Source: a virus
Lineage: Duplodnaviria; Caudoviricetes
DNA: 64,000 nt
IMG/VR virus record: IMGVR_UViG_3300028410_000746
Direction: 5' to 3' (one strand)
Made by a program: the position numbers and the translations under genes. The notes below the pieces were generated by a model. The model had not been told where the DNA came from. It ran no database searches and saw only the letters and a program-made list of their open reading frames with translations. Each line of letters starts with the position of its first letter. Position 1 is the stretch's first letter. Shown here in pieces: positions 1-9,100 of the stretch.

Positions 1-524
1 TGGGCAGAGTAGCCCAAGGTCAGGAGCTTGAGGTAGGCCATGTAGCAGGGGTTGAACAGGACCTTGATGTCGAAGTGGTTGAGCCCTGACCCCTTACACT
101 TCTGCTCCAGCGTGGAGATGTAGGGACACGTGATCTCCGTGCTGTCCCAGTTGTATCCTTCCACGAAGGCGGAAGCGGCGGCATCCTCCGCCCACTGTCG
201 AACCTTGGTGAGGGTGTCCAGGGGGCGATCACGAACTCGTCGGTGCTTGATCGCCTCCTCAAACACCAGATCGTATTCACGCTGGAGGTAGTCCTGAAGA
301 CGCAACCCCTTCGAGGCGGAGGTACGACGTGGGCGAGCCCCAGCACCAAGAGCTGCTTCACGTGCAAGCGTGAGGGTCTCCTCCTTGGTTCGGTAGCTCG
401 GATCTTCGGCCGTGATCAGGCCCGCCTGGATGGCGGTCGTAATCGCGACGCGGTAATGCGCGGTCTCTGGCTTTGTATCGTAGAACTCGACAGCTTCCAG
501 GACGTCTTGTGCGGTGGGCTTCAT
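1..524 (-). CDS. Hypothetical protein, runs off the window start (MKPTAQDVLEAVEFYD...LKLLTLGYSA>)
   Basis: Translated by hand, not in the ORF track. ATG at 524 after GGAG; open for 174 codons to the window edge. Confidence 0.7.
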   Translation of the reverse strand, partial: MKPTAQDVLEAVEFYDTKPETAHYRVAITTAIQAGLITAEDPSYRTKEETLTLAREAALGAGARPRRTSASKGLRLQDYLQREYDLVFEEAIKHRRVRDRPLDTLTKVRQWAEDAAASAFVEGYNWDSTEITCPYISTLEQKCKGSGLNHFDIKVLFNPCYMAYLKLLTLGYSA

Positions 525-577
525 TTGAAGGCTCCAGGTTGTAGATAGAGTTAAGGATCGCGCTCTTGTTGCTTGCC

Positions 578-952
578 TCAGGATTTACTTCCAATGCGTA
601 GGGCGGTACCCGAGCGCGCGTTGCCACCCACGCTCAAGCATGTGAGAGAGGTACCCGCGCGTACATCACCTGCGATGCCCTCCCCTACAGTCACGCTGCC
701 TCCCGCCTTCACCTCTCCCGTCACACTGCCCCTTTCCACGTGTACGGACCCCACATCGCCAGGGAGGGTCACGCGGAACTCTTCATTGTCCGTGACCACC
801 TCTCCATGCACTTCATCATCGACGAGGATTGTGTACCGTACGACGACCTTCACGCCCTTCCGCTCTTCGCGCGTCCCACCTCCAATAGAAATGTGCGCGC
901 CCGAGATGGTAGAGTTGGAGATGTTCCCCGAGATCGTGATGTTCTTGCTCAT
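578..952 (-). CDS. Hypothetical protein with Gly/Val-rich beta-solenoid (bactofilin-like) repeats
   Basis: AGGAG RBS; repeating GxV/GxI hexapeptide-like pattern; promoter at 988-1017. Confidence 0.65.
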   Translation of the reverse strand: MSKNITISGNISNSTISGAHISIGGGTREERKGVKVVVRYTILVDDEVHGEVVTDNEEFRVTLPGDVGSVHVERGSVTGEVKAGGSVTVGEGIAGDVRAGTSLTCLSVGGNARSGTALRIGSKS

Positions 953-987
953 GTGCCTTTCTCCTGAGTGTGAAACGGGTCAGATAG

Positions 988-1017
988 GATGTACCACAGC
1001 ACATGAGCGATGGTAAA
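988..1017 (-). promoter_or_regulatory. Early-type promoter TTTACC-N18-TACATC with TGTGG extended -10
   Basis: Weaker member of the repeated TTTAC...TGTGG-TA motif family. Confidence 0.45.
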
Positions 1018-1085
1018 GCACGAAAAAGCCCCTCCGTGCGGCAGCTCTTCAGCTACGACATGGAGGGGCTTTGAGGGGTCGATCT

Positions 1086-1445
1086 TCAGACGCTCAGGGA
1101 GGCCTTGCCGTAGTACGAGTTGGACATCGCGGACGCCTTCCAGCCCCACTCGTCACGGCAATACTGCAAGAACTGAGACCGCTCCAGAACCACCTCTTCC
1201 TTGACAGACATGCTGAACATGTCGATCACCTCCTCGTAGTCCTTGACATGGCTCGTAGGGCACTGACCCTCAAGCCTCTTGAGCTTCCGGGGGAAGGACG
1301 TGAGGTCCGAGACATCCATCTCCTCACACGTCTCCTGGAGGTCCTCGCGCCACAGCTTGAGCGCCTCCAGGTAAGTCTTCTCGTGCGTCTCCATGTTAGC
1401 TTCGAGTCGCTCCAGCAACTCCTCCGTCTTGACCGTAACCTGCAT
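1086..1445 (-). CDS. Conserved-looking phage hypothetical protein (MQVTVKTEELLERLEAN...)
   Basis: AGGTGGAG RBS before ATG 1445; helical protein with a SHVKDYEEVIDMFSMS...DEWGW motif. Confidence 0.7.
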   Translation of the reverse strand: MQVTVKTEELLERLEANMETHEKTYLEALKLWREDLQETCEEMDVSDLTSFPRKLKRLEGQCPTSHVKDYEEVIDMFSMSVKEEVVLERSQFLQYCRDEWGWKASAMSNSYYGKASLSV

Positions 1446-1552
1446 CTCTCCACCTCTGTACATGCCCATCTTGATATCCTCGATCGCGAGTGAGCGTCGA
1501 AGGTAACTCAGACATGCCTCGCCGTCAAGTCGGGGGGTATCTTGAAAGAGGC

Positions 1553-1582
1553 TTGACACATCCGGCGTGTTGCGGTTACAGT
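1553..1582 (+). promoter_or_regulatory. Sigma70-type promoter of CRISPR array 1 (TTGACA-N18-TACAGT)
   Basis: Perfect -35; the same architecture lies upstream of array 2. Confidence 0.65.
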
Positions 1583-1592
1583 AATGAAGCCT

Positions 1593-1630
1593 GGAGCGGT
1601 GGAGAGCGGTGGAGAGCGGTGGAGAGCGGT
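1593..1630 (+). repeat. Tandem 10-mer GGAGAGCGGT x3 plus a partial copy
   Basis: Read directly; lies between the array-1 promoter and its leader. Confidence 0.9.
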
Positions 1631-1712
1631 GACCTTGTTTGGCACCGAACCTGAGAAGTCTTTGAAAACCGAATACTTACGTCATTCCGCTCATGTGACT
1701 TCTTGGCACAGA
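1629..1712 (+). promoter_or_regulatory. CRISPR leader 1 (84 bp)
   Basis: AT-richer segment abutting repeat 1; about 90% identical to the reverse complement of 55365-55448. Confidence 0.85.
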
Positions 1713-2312
1713 CCTTTCCCCACGCACGTGGGGATGTTCCCATGTAGCAAGACATGTAGTAGGAGGCGCTGGGCCTTTCCCCACGCACGTGGGGATGTTC
1801 CCTACAGGAGTTCCTTGGGGGCTATCTGAGGGGGCCTTTCCCCACGCACGTGGGGATGTTCCCGTGGGGCGGTCTGGATGAGGCAGGCATCCTCACCTTT
1901 CCCCACGCACGTGGGGATGTTCCGCGTCCGCATCAAGGGCCGCAACCTGGGTGGGCCCTTTCCCCACGCACGTGGGGATGTTCCCTCACCTCGAAGGGTC
2001 CCCGCCCCCTCAAAGTCCCTTTCCCCACGCACGTGGGGATGTTCCCTTCCTCCAGGATCTCAGTGTCTTCGGGAACGTCCTTTCCCCACGCACGTGGGGC
2101 TGTTCCTGTTCCTGTTCCTGTTCCTGTTCCGCCTTGGCTCCCAGGACCATCGCTCGTGACGAGCCCTTCCCCGTACACGCGGGGGTGTTCCCTCTGTGCT
2201 ACCGCAGCGTCGACCTTGGCCCCCTTCCCCGCACACGCGGGGATGTCCCGTCCAAAATCGTCCGTGGTCCCCCGTGAGGCCCTCTTCCCCACGCACGTGG
2301 GGACTTTGTTCC
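1713..2312 (+). CRISPR. CRISPR array 1, type I-E-like: 10 repeats (consensus CCTTTCCCCACGCACGTGGGGATGTTCC, 28 bp) and 9 spacers
   Basis: Repeats start at 1713, 1774, 1835, 1896, 1957, 2018, 2079, 2164, 2222 and 2282. Period is 61 bp with spacers mostly 33 bp; 7-bp hairpin TCCCCAC-GCAC-GTGGGGA; last repeat degenerate. No cas genes in the window. Confidence 0.97.
2101..2130 (+). repeat. (TGTTCC)5 expansion of the 3' end of CRISPR repeat 7
   Basis: Read directly: four extra copies inserted before a normal 33-bp spacer (2131-2163). Confidence 0.95.
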
Positions 2313-2361
2313 TCTCCTTATATGCTGTATCCCTGGAGACCCACCACTTTGGAGCAGGCAC

Positions 2362-2982
2362 ATGGCTTTTGATTTTCTCGGTACCTTTACGCGACCTCAG
2401 CTCGACGCGTTGGATACGTTCGTCCGTGCTCATGCCGTCAACGCGGCTCAGCGGATCACGGCTATCAAAGGGGAGATAGAGCGCCTCGGATGGCTGGAGT
2501 ACGACTTCAATGAGGAGGGACAACGCGTGGGATACCGCGTCGCTCCGGAAGGCAGCACGCTCCACAGGTACGCGATGGCGTTTGCCTATGAAGGGGGAGA
2601 CCTCAACGCCTTGCAGATCCGATCACGAGGAGACTGGATCTACCAGATCAAGGGGGAGTGGGACCTTCGAGAGGACGTGGCCTATGCCGGAGGCGTCCCC
2701 TCGGAGGGTGAGTACCGGGACAGCGGCGGGCTCTACAATGATCAGGAGCCCGGCACAGAGGTGGAGAGGTTCAAGGAGCTGGTGATCCCGAGCCTGAAGC
2801 GCCGGCGCGAAGACTCCGAATACCGCGTCAAGAGGACCGTGGACCGCTCCGACCAGCTCATAGAGGAGTTGATCCTGCTCATCAAGAGGACCACAGGAGC
2901 CGAGACCCTGGACGCGTTGCGCATCAACCTGGACTTCATGCTCGCGTCCGGGGACTATCCCTCGGCCACCAGCGACACCTGA
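2362..2982 (+). CDS. Hypothetical, possibly virion-associated protein
   Basis: 206-aa ORF, GGAG RBS, phage-typical codon usage; directly downstream of array 1. Confidence 0.75.
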   Translation: MAFDFLGTFTRPQLDALDTFVRAHAVNAAQRITAIKGEIERLGWLEYDFNEEGQRVGYRVAPEGSTLHRYAMAFAYEGGDLNALQIRSRGDWIYQIKGEWDLREDVAYAGGVPSEGEYRDSGGLYNDQEPGTEVERFKELVIPSLKRRREDSEYRVKRTVDRSDQLIEELILLIKRTTGAETLDALRINLDFMLASGDYPSATSDT

Positions 2983-2994
2983 CCCCCCGGAGAC

Positions 2995-3255
2995 CTAATC
3001 CAGATGGAGTATGTTTCCGTCTTTGAGGGCCAACAGGTCAAGACCTGCCAGAAGGGCCTCAATGTCTATGTGCTCAGGGAGAGTCAAGACGAACATCTCT
3101 TCAACCTCCTGTAGAAGAGAGTTCTTGGGAAGACGCTTTGTGATTTCGTTCCGCGCTTCGTCCCGCCTTTTGGCGAGCTGGGCCGGAGTCTCCTCTTCAA
3201 GGGGGGGTCGGAGGGCGAAGAGATGTCTGCTCAGTGCGGCCTGCGAGTGTGTCAG
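2995..3255 (-). CDS. Possible hypothetical protein with a non-ATG (CTG) start overlapping the upstream stop
   Basis: Hand-translated open frame ...LSRHLFALRPPLEEETPAQLAKRRDE...NILHLD*; CTGA sits where an ATGA coupling would be. Confidence 0.35.
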   Translation of the reverse strand: MTHSQAALSRHLFALRPPLEEETPAQLAKRRDEARNEITKRLPKNSLLQEVEEMFVLTLPEHIDIEALLAGLDLLALKDGNILHLD

Positions 3256-3575
3256 GGCTGTATCTCTTGATTGTGTTGAGCTACGGCACTGGGCCAGTGT
3301 TTGAGGAGCGCCTGAGCGGCCTCCTCGAAGTCCCCCGTAGTATGTAGCTTTTCATCCCAGGATGCAACCGTCCACAGCTTCGTCTCTCGGTTCTGGGTCA
3401 CCTCAAGCAGGGTCTCCCACTCGCCGCCCAGCTCTTCGTGTTCCCACCAGATGCAGCAGAAGATGGGGTCGTGACAGCGACGCATGGCTTGCACCGACCC
3501 ATGCGTCGCTTCGTACACGTGGCAGTCCTTTGGGAGCAGCTCCTTGAGGCGTGCGACTTGTTCATCCAGGGTCAT
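3252..3575 (-). CDS. Hypothetical protein
   Basis: 107-aa ORF coupled by an ATGA overlap to the upstream gene. Confidence 0.65.
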   Translation of the reverse strand: MTLDEQVARLKELLPKDCHVYEATHGSVQAMRRCHDPIFCCIWWEHEELGGEWETLLEVTQNRETKLWTVASWDEKLHTTGDFEEAAQALLKHWPSAVAQHNQEIQP

Positions 3576-4081
3576 CGTACCACCACCTCGCTGTAGGCCT
3601 TCTTTTCTTTGGGCGCAGGCATGACCGGCACTCCGATTGTGTACTCTTCGGGAGGGTCTTCGGGAGGGTCTTCGGGAGGGTCTTCGCGGCGTGTCGAAGT
3701 CTCAACATGTGGGGGAGAGGGAGGGTTCTCTATTATGGTGAGGGTACGTGTGACCGGCATGAGGCGGTCGTAAGGTCTCGTAAGCGCGAAGAAGGTGAAG
3801 ACCGTGAGAAGTGCCTCCATATCCCCCTGATAAACCAGGAGAATCACCATCAGGACCTCCGCCACGAACAGCGTAGGCTCCTTGAAAGGCGCCAGGAGAG
3901 GCCGCGCTTCCCCCCCTGTCCACCATCCCCACGCATCATACAGGGTGAAACAGACGAGGCTGAGTATGACCAGAGGGGGTCCAGATAGTCGGCGTAGTAG
4001 AAGGCGACCGCATACACAGGGCGCAGTAAGAGCGAACACAGTACGCGGGGGGAAGGGAGGGTATAGGTTTTCACAGGACAC
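3572..4081 (-). CDS. Hypothetical membrane protein with EDPP repeats
   Basis: Two or three hydrophobic segments; in-frame 12-bp tandem repeat at 3645-3686; start uncertain. Confidence 0.55.
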   Translation of the reverse strand: MSCENLYPPFPPRTVFALTAPCVCGRLLLRRLSGPPLVILSLVCFTLYDAWGWWTGGEARPLLAPFKEPTLFVAEVLMVILLVYQGDMEALLTVFTFFALTRPYDRLMPVTRTLTIIENPPSPPHVETSTRREDPPEDPPEDPPEEYTIGVPVMPAPKEKKAYSEVVVR

Positions 4082-4157
4082 CTCGTGTGTGGGTCAGGCC
4101 TTCTTGATACTGCAAACGGCTCGCGCCCGTCAAGTCAGATCTTCGTGTGAAATAGTT

Positions 4158-4220
4158 TTTACGACCCACCCCCCTTGTGGTATATGATGTATGTAAGACA
4201 ACACAGCGCCCCAACGGCGC
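4158..4220 (+). promoter_or_regulatory. Early promoter cassette TTTACG-N17-TATATG with TGTGG, followed by hairpin GCGCC-CCAAC-GGCGC
   Basis: Motif repeated at least 7 times in the window; the hairpin is identical to 16891-16905 (reverse complement). Confidence 0.8.
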
Positions 4221-4241
4221 ACCACGACACAGGAGCTTCTC

Positions 4242-4517
4242 ACGTCTGATCTCAACTACATCGCTCTCGGCCCCAAAAAACAGATCCTCAACAAGGGTCG
4301 CATCACCGACATCAATGAGTTCATGAAGCGCAAATGGCACCGCGAATGTGAGATCGTGGGTGTCGATGAGGACGGCATCATCATGGGCCACGTCCACGTC
4401 AACAGCAAGAGGGCGGGCTTGACCAACCTCACCAAGGTGAAGGGTACGCCCCTCAAGGTCTACCTCGCCCAGAACGGCTACCCGGAGGCGCCCGAGGCGT
4501 TCCTCAAGGGCGACTGA
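4242..4517 (+). CDS. Small hypothetical early protein (ACG at the expected start position; first ATG at 4323)
   Basis: AGGAG at 4231-4235, then an open frame TSDLNYIALGPKK...FLKGD*. Confidence 0.6.
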   Translation, partial: TSDLNYIALGPKKQILNKGRITDINEFMKRKWHRECEIVGVDEDGIIMGHVHVNSKRAGLTNLTKVKGTPLKVYLAQNGYPEAPEAFLKGD

Positions 4518-4532
4518 CCCCACCGGCCCTCC

Positions 4533-4570
4533 ACGTAAGCCTTGACAGCTTCGGCCGTCAAGGCTTACGT
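4533..4570. other. Perfect 14-bp inverted repeat capped by a cUUCGg loop
   Basis: ACGTAAGCCTTGAC / GTCAAGGCTTACGT; intergenic; no U-tract follows. Confidence 0.75.
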
Positions 4571-4601
4571 ACGTGTACACGCTTTGACGACGAGGTATAA
4601 A

Positions 4602-4910
4602 ATGAGCGATGAGAAACAGTTTTTCTGGTGCGGTTGGAACGTACCGTTTGCCGCAGCCGAACACGGAGGGGGGGTCTTCCCTTCCAACATGACGGGTTGG
4701 TGTACGGGCGAGGGAGGAGATTACGAGACCTGGGTAGGGGCGGTATGGGCTACGGACGCGGGGGCGGCCATGCAAACCGTGTATTCGTACTACGGAGAGG
4801 CTGCCAACCTCCTCAGCCCCCGTTGGGATGCAGACCCGAGAGGGACAGTGTTGAAGTTGAGTGACCGCTTCGGTACCACCCCGGAAGAGTTTGAGTGTCT
4901 CAAGGGGTGA
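4602..4910 (+). CDS. Hypothetical protein
   Basis: GAGGT RBS before ATG 4602; 102 aa. Confidence 0.65.
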   Translation: MSDEKQFFWCGWNVPFAAAEHGGGVFPSNMTGWCTGEGGDYETWVGAVWATDAGAAMQTVYSYYGEAANLLSPRWDADPRGTVLKLSDRFGTTPEEFECLKG

Positions 4911-4972
4911 TGGCGGTTATGTCCCTATGCCGAGGGTGCGTAACGCTCTAGCCCCTCACCCTCGGCATTCCC

Positions 4973-6046
4973 ATGACACAAGACCTACGACTCAGGAACA
5001 TCTGTCCACACCGCGTCGCATGTGAGGCGCTGGCATTGGATGAAGACCGTCGCACGCTGCGTACGGTCATTCCACCCAGCTCCACCTCCGTGGAAGTGTG
5101 CGTGAACGGAAAGGCCGTCCCACCTGGAGGCATCCTGACCGCCGTGCAGATCTCAGGCCTCCAGCCGGGACCTTTCACCATCGAAGCCGACGACAACGCT
5201 GAGGTCCTCATCTCGGTCAACGGAGGGGCGACACAGAGCGTGACGCTCCCGACCGGAGTAGCCGTGTCTGCGGCTCTTGTGGCGAGCGCGATCAACGATG
5301 GTGTGGAGGGGATCTCGGTTGAGTCCGAGCGTGGTCGGATCGTGATCACTCAGGACCTCAAGGGGGAGTCGGCTACGGTCCTTCTTGATGGAGGCAACGC
5401 GCACGCGACCCTTGGCTTCCCAGAAACGCGTCTCTATCGTGGCCGCGTGGGCTTTCCAGGATGGCGGCTGGTCCGTGATCCCCTCTCCCCCGTATCCTCG
5501 GATCGTGTGGTGTACTTCGACCGCGCGCTCCCCGCCTCGGACGACAGGTTCGAGCTGAGCTACCTCACGCAGCGCTCGCTGTGTCGTCGCTGTGGAGGCC
5601 TGGGGATCGAGAACGACTTCCGCTACGGCACTCAGGGTGACGTGATCTTGATCCAGAACGAGAGCTTGCTGCTCCAGGAGGTCGAGAAGATCGTGTTCAC
5701 CATCCAGGGCTCCAACGTCTTCCACCAGTGGTACGGCACCAGCCTCATCAACCTGATTGGAACCAAGATCTCGGGGCCCAACGGCGGGCAGTTCCTGGAG
5801 ACACGTCTCGTCTCCGAGATCCAAACAGCCCTTGACAGATACATCAGCATCAAGGCTCGTCAGGCTACCGAGCAGCCGGTCACCACCCGTGAGCAGCTCT
5901 CACGTATCGTGTCGATCGAGGTCATACAGGATCGCGTGGACCCTACCATCTTCCGGGTCAAGGTGGCGCTGGAGAACCGGGCCAACCAGCTCGTACGCTT
6001 CGAGGACACCCTGTTCGTGCTCGACGCACCGCTGCGCATCAACTGA
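4973..6046 (+). CDS. Baseplate wedge protein with C-terminal gp25/GPW-like domain
   Basis: C-terminal NDFRY...LLLQEVEKIVFT..GSNVFHQWYGT.L..LIG pattern typical of gp25-like proteins; precedes a baseplate J-like gene. Confidence 0.75.
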   Translation: MTQDLRLRNICPHRVACEALALDEDRRTLRTVIPPSSTSVEVCVNGKAVPPGGILTAVQISGLQPGPFTIEADDNAEVLISVNGGATQSVTLPTGVAVSAALVASAINDGVEGISVESERGRIVITQDLKGESATVLLDGGNAHATLGFPETRLYRGRVGFPGWRLVRDPLSPVSSDRVVYFDRALPASDDRFELSYLTQRSLCRRCGGLGIENDFRYGTQGDVILIQNESLLLQEVEKIVFTIQGSNVFHQWYGTSLINLIGTKISGPNGGQFLETRLVSEIQTALDRYISIKARQATEQPVTTREQLSRIVSIEVIQDRVDPTIFRVKVALENRANQLVRFEDTLFVLDAPLRIN

Positions 6047-6198
6047 CGCGCTTGAGGAACTCCCCCAAGGGCTCTCCCACGATCCGCTCCCACGCCCGTG
6101 CAGCCTGCGTCATGTCGGCAGTATGGCTTTAGAATGTGCTTATAGACTGCGATCTGTGAAAGCCGACGTACCCGTACACGTTTCAGGAGATCACAGTC

Positions 6199-9100
6199 AT
6201 GGCCTTGACCCCCACCATTGCTCTAGAGGGCGCCTCGACGTTTGCGGAGCGGCTCGCCGTGGTGACCTCGATACGAGACCAGACGATCGTAGGAGAGCTG
6301 GCGGAGGCCGTGGTAGACATTCAGGTTCGGGTCAACGGAGGGGCGTTTCGCTCGGACGCCTCTCTGGTAGCGTTTGATCAGACGGGGTTCACGGTCCCGA
6401 ATCCATCAGCGCTGCCGGAAGGGTTGAGGCTGGCGTTCGGGCCCAACACGATTGAGATCCGCACGGTCGACGTCACGGGAGCGGTTAGCACTCCCGCCAC
6501 CGCTCAGATTGAAGTGACGCGCGCCCAAGACCTTGACCTCCTGGTCTCGGCTCCCACCGGTCTGCGTGTCCGCCGTCGCTCCAGCGCTGTGGAGGTCGTA
6601 TGGGCGGAGAACCTCGAAACGTCCGTGATCGGGTACAACGTCTGGGCCTCGACGGAGGCCGGTGGAGGTTCAGCGGGATACTTCCGACTCAACCCCAACC
6701 TCATCACCACGCCCGCCTTCTCCGAGGATGAGCTGGTGGACGTGGAGTCGGCTACGCTGACCTACACCTCCACGGCCGGCTCGCTTCGGATCGCCTTGAC
6801 CGAGGAGGACTTTGAAGACGTCACCGTGGCGACGGTTGGAAACTTCACCCTGGATACGTCGCTGGCCAGTGACCCCTTGCAGGTGACTACGAACGTCCAG
6901 TCGATCCAGACCATCATCTACCTCAACTTCGTGCACGACCGGGAAGACAGCGCCACGCTCAACAACGAGCAGTTCGTGGCGATCCCCAACGATGAGCCTC
7001 TCTACTACGTGATCACAGCCCTTGCGCTGGACCCCGTGACCAACCAGCAGGTGGAGAGCGTCTACAGCTCCGAGCTGGTAGGCCTCCCGCTCGTGCTGGA
7101 TACCTCGTTGACTGAGGTGCGACCCAGGACGCGTGAGGAGATCATCCGTGACTACCTCACGACCCTGGTGACCGAGAACAATCAGATCAGCGGCATCCCC
7201 GGCTCGGTCACTCGCGACATCCACATCGAGCCCCCGGCATCCGAGGCCGAGCGTCTGCACTTCGTGGCAGACTTCGTACGTCGCTCAAGGTCCTTTGCGA
7301 CCCTGGTAGCCATTGACGATCTTGATGGAGATGGCATCACCGACGTGACCAACTCCTACAAGGTAGCTCTCCAGGCTTCCTTGGGTCTGACCGACCTTGC
7401 GGATGTCCAGACGCTCATTGACGACTCCTTCGACGCGCTCGCGTCAAACGTGCAGGTGACCCGTGGCGGCCAGACGCAGGCCGTTGGACAGGCCGTGTTC
7501 TTCACCCGCAGCGAGCCTACCACAGATCGAGTGGTTGAGGCGGGCACGGTCATTTCGACCCAGGGGACACCTGCCATCACGTTCGAGACGACCGCGCGCG
7601 TGGTGCTGCCCTTTGCGGACCGGGAGAGCTACTTCAACCTCTCGACGAACCGCTGGGAGATCGTCTCACCCATCCGTGCCATCAACGCCGGCCTCGCTGG
7701 GAACGTCACCTCAGGACAGATTGATACGGTGATCGGCTCAGGTACCAGCCTCCAGGTCGTCAACACGGAGGTCACTCGCTTTGGCCGAGACGAGGAGTCG
7801 AACCTGGACCTCGCAGAGCGTGGCATCCTCGCCTTCTCTTCGGTGGACTCGGGTACCGCAGGGGGCTATCTGGCGACCGCGCTCAAGCAGATCGGAGTCT
7901 TCCGGGCCCTGGTGGTCAAGTCTGGCGACGACTCCATGGTTCGCGATTGGGACCCCGTGAGGATGAAGCAGATCGGAGGCAAGGTCGACGTGTGGGTTCA
8001 GGGGAGCGACCTCAACACAGTCACGGAGCCCTTCGCGCTGACGTTTAGCGTCGCGCGTGGCATTCAGTTCGTGCTCGACTCCAACCCCGCCGACCTCACC
8101 TTCATCACCAACGATCCCCGGATCACCCCGACGAGCCCGATCACTGAGGTGCTGGGAAGCACCGCGTCTCAGATCGCACAGGGCTTCGCCTTCCGTAACG
8201 CGACCACGGCGCAAGACTTCAACCTCACCGGCGTGGTCATTCTGGACTACAACCGCGTCCGGCTCGACTCAGGGCTCGCCCAACCCGTCCTGGCAGTCAA
8301 CGACGTGGTGCTCGGGGATGTCCGCTTCCAGTCTGGTGCCTCCTACGAGCCGCGCCGTCAGCCTATCTTCGACGTGGACAGCCTACGCTCGACCACCGAC
8401 AACGTGGCCTTGACCGAGGACAGCAACTTCCGCTTCATTCAGGACGATGACCCTTTGCTCACGGGGCGCTCTCCTCGCGCACAGGACCGCATCCTGATCA
8501 CGCCCGTGGGCGGCGTGCCTTCAGGTGCTCAGGTGCAGGTCAACGACGAGAGGCGAGTCCTGGTAGGCCAGAACCCCGTCGCGTTGGCCAACCTGGGAAC
8601 CAACAGCCTCACGGTACGAGTCTTCGACCTCACACGCACCGTGGAGTACGCCGGGCCGTCTGCGGCCAGCCCCGACTTCTTGCTCGTTGAGGGAGACGAG
8701 AGGACCCCTGTGAGGCTCCAACGCGTAGCCAGTGGGCTCATCGGCAACGGTGAAGAGGTCTCGGTCGACTACCTCCATGACGAGAACTTCGAGCTGGTCT
8801 ATTCGGTCAATGATCTCCCGGCGCGCGTTCAGAGTGCGGTGGACATCCAGTCGCACGTCACCGCTGACGTACTGGTCAAGAGCGCTATCCCTCTTGAGGT
8901 CGACCTCGAAATGACCGTACGTCTCCAGGACTCAGCCTCTCAGGCGGTCGTGGACGCAGCCCTGAAGACCCAGATCTCCCAGCTCCTCAACTCCAAGGGG
9001 ATCGGAGAGGGCATCTACCAGTCCGACGTGGTGCGTGTGGTCGAGAATACGGCTGGCGTGATCTTCGTGGTGGTGCCCTTCGCGCGCATGGCGGCCGCTG

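Noticed and set aside
1802-2565. ORFs with repeated FPTHVGM or TSPRAWGK peptides (1850-2479, 1933-2565 and others)
   Set aside because: They are translations of the CRISPR repeats, not genes.
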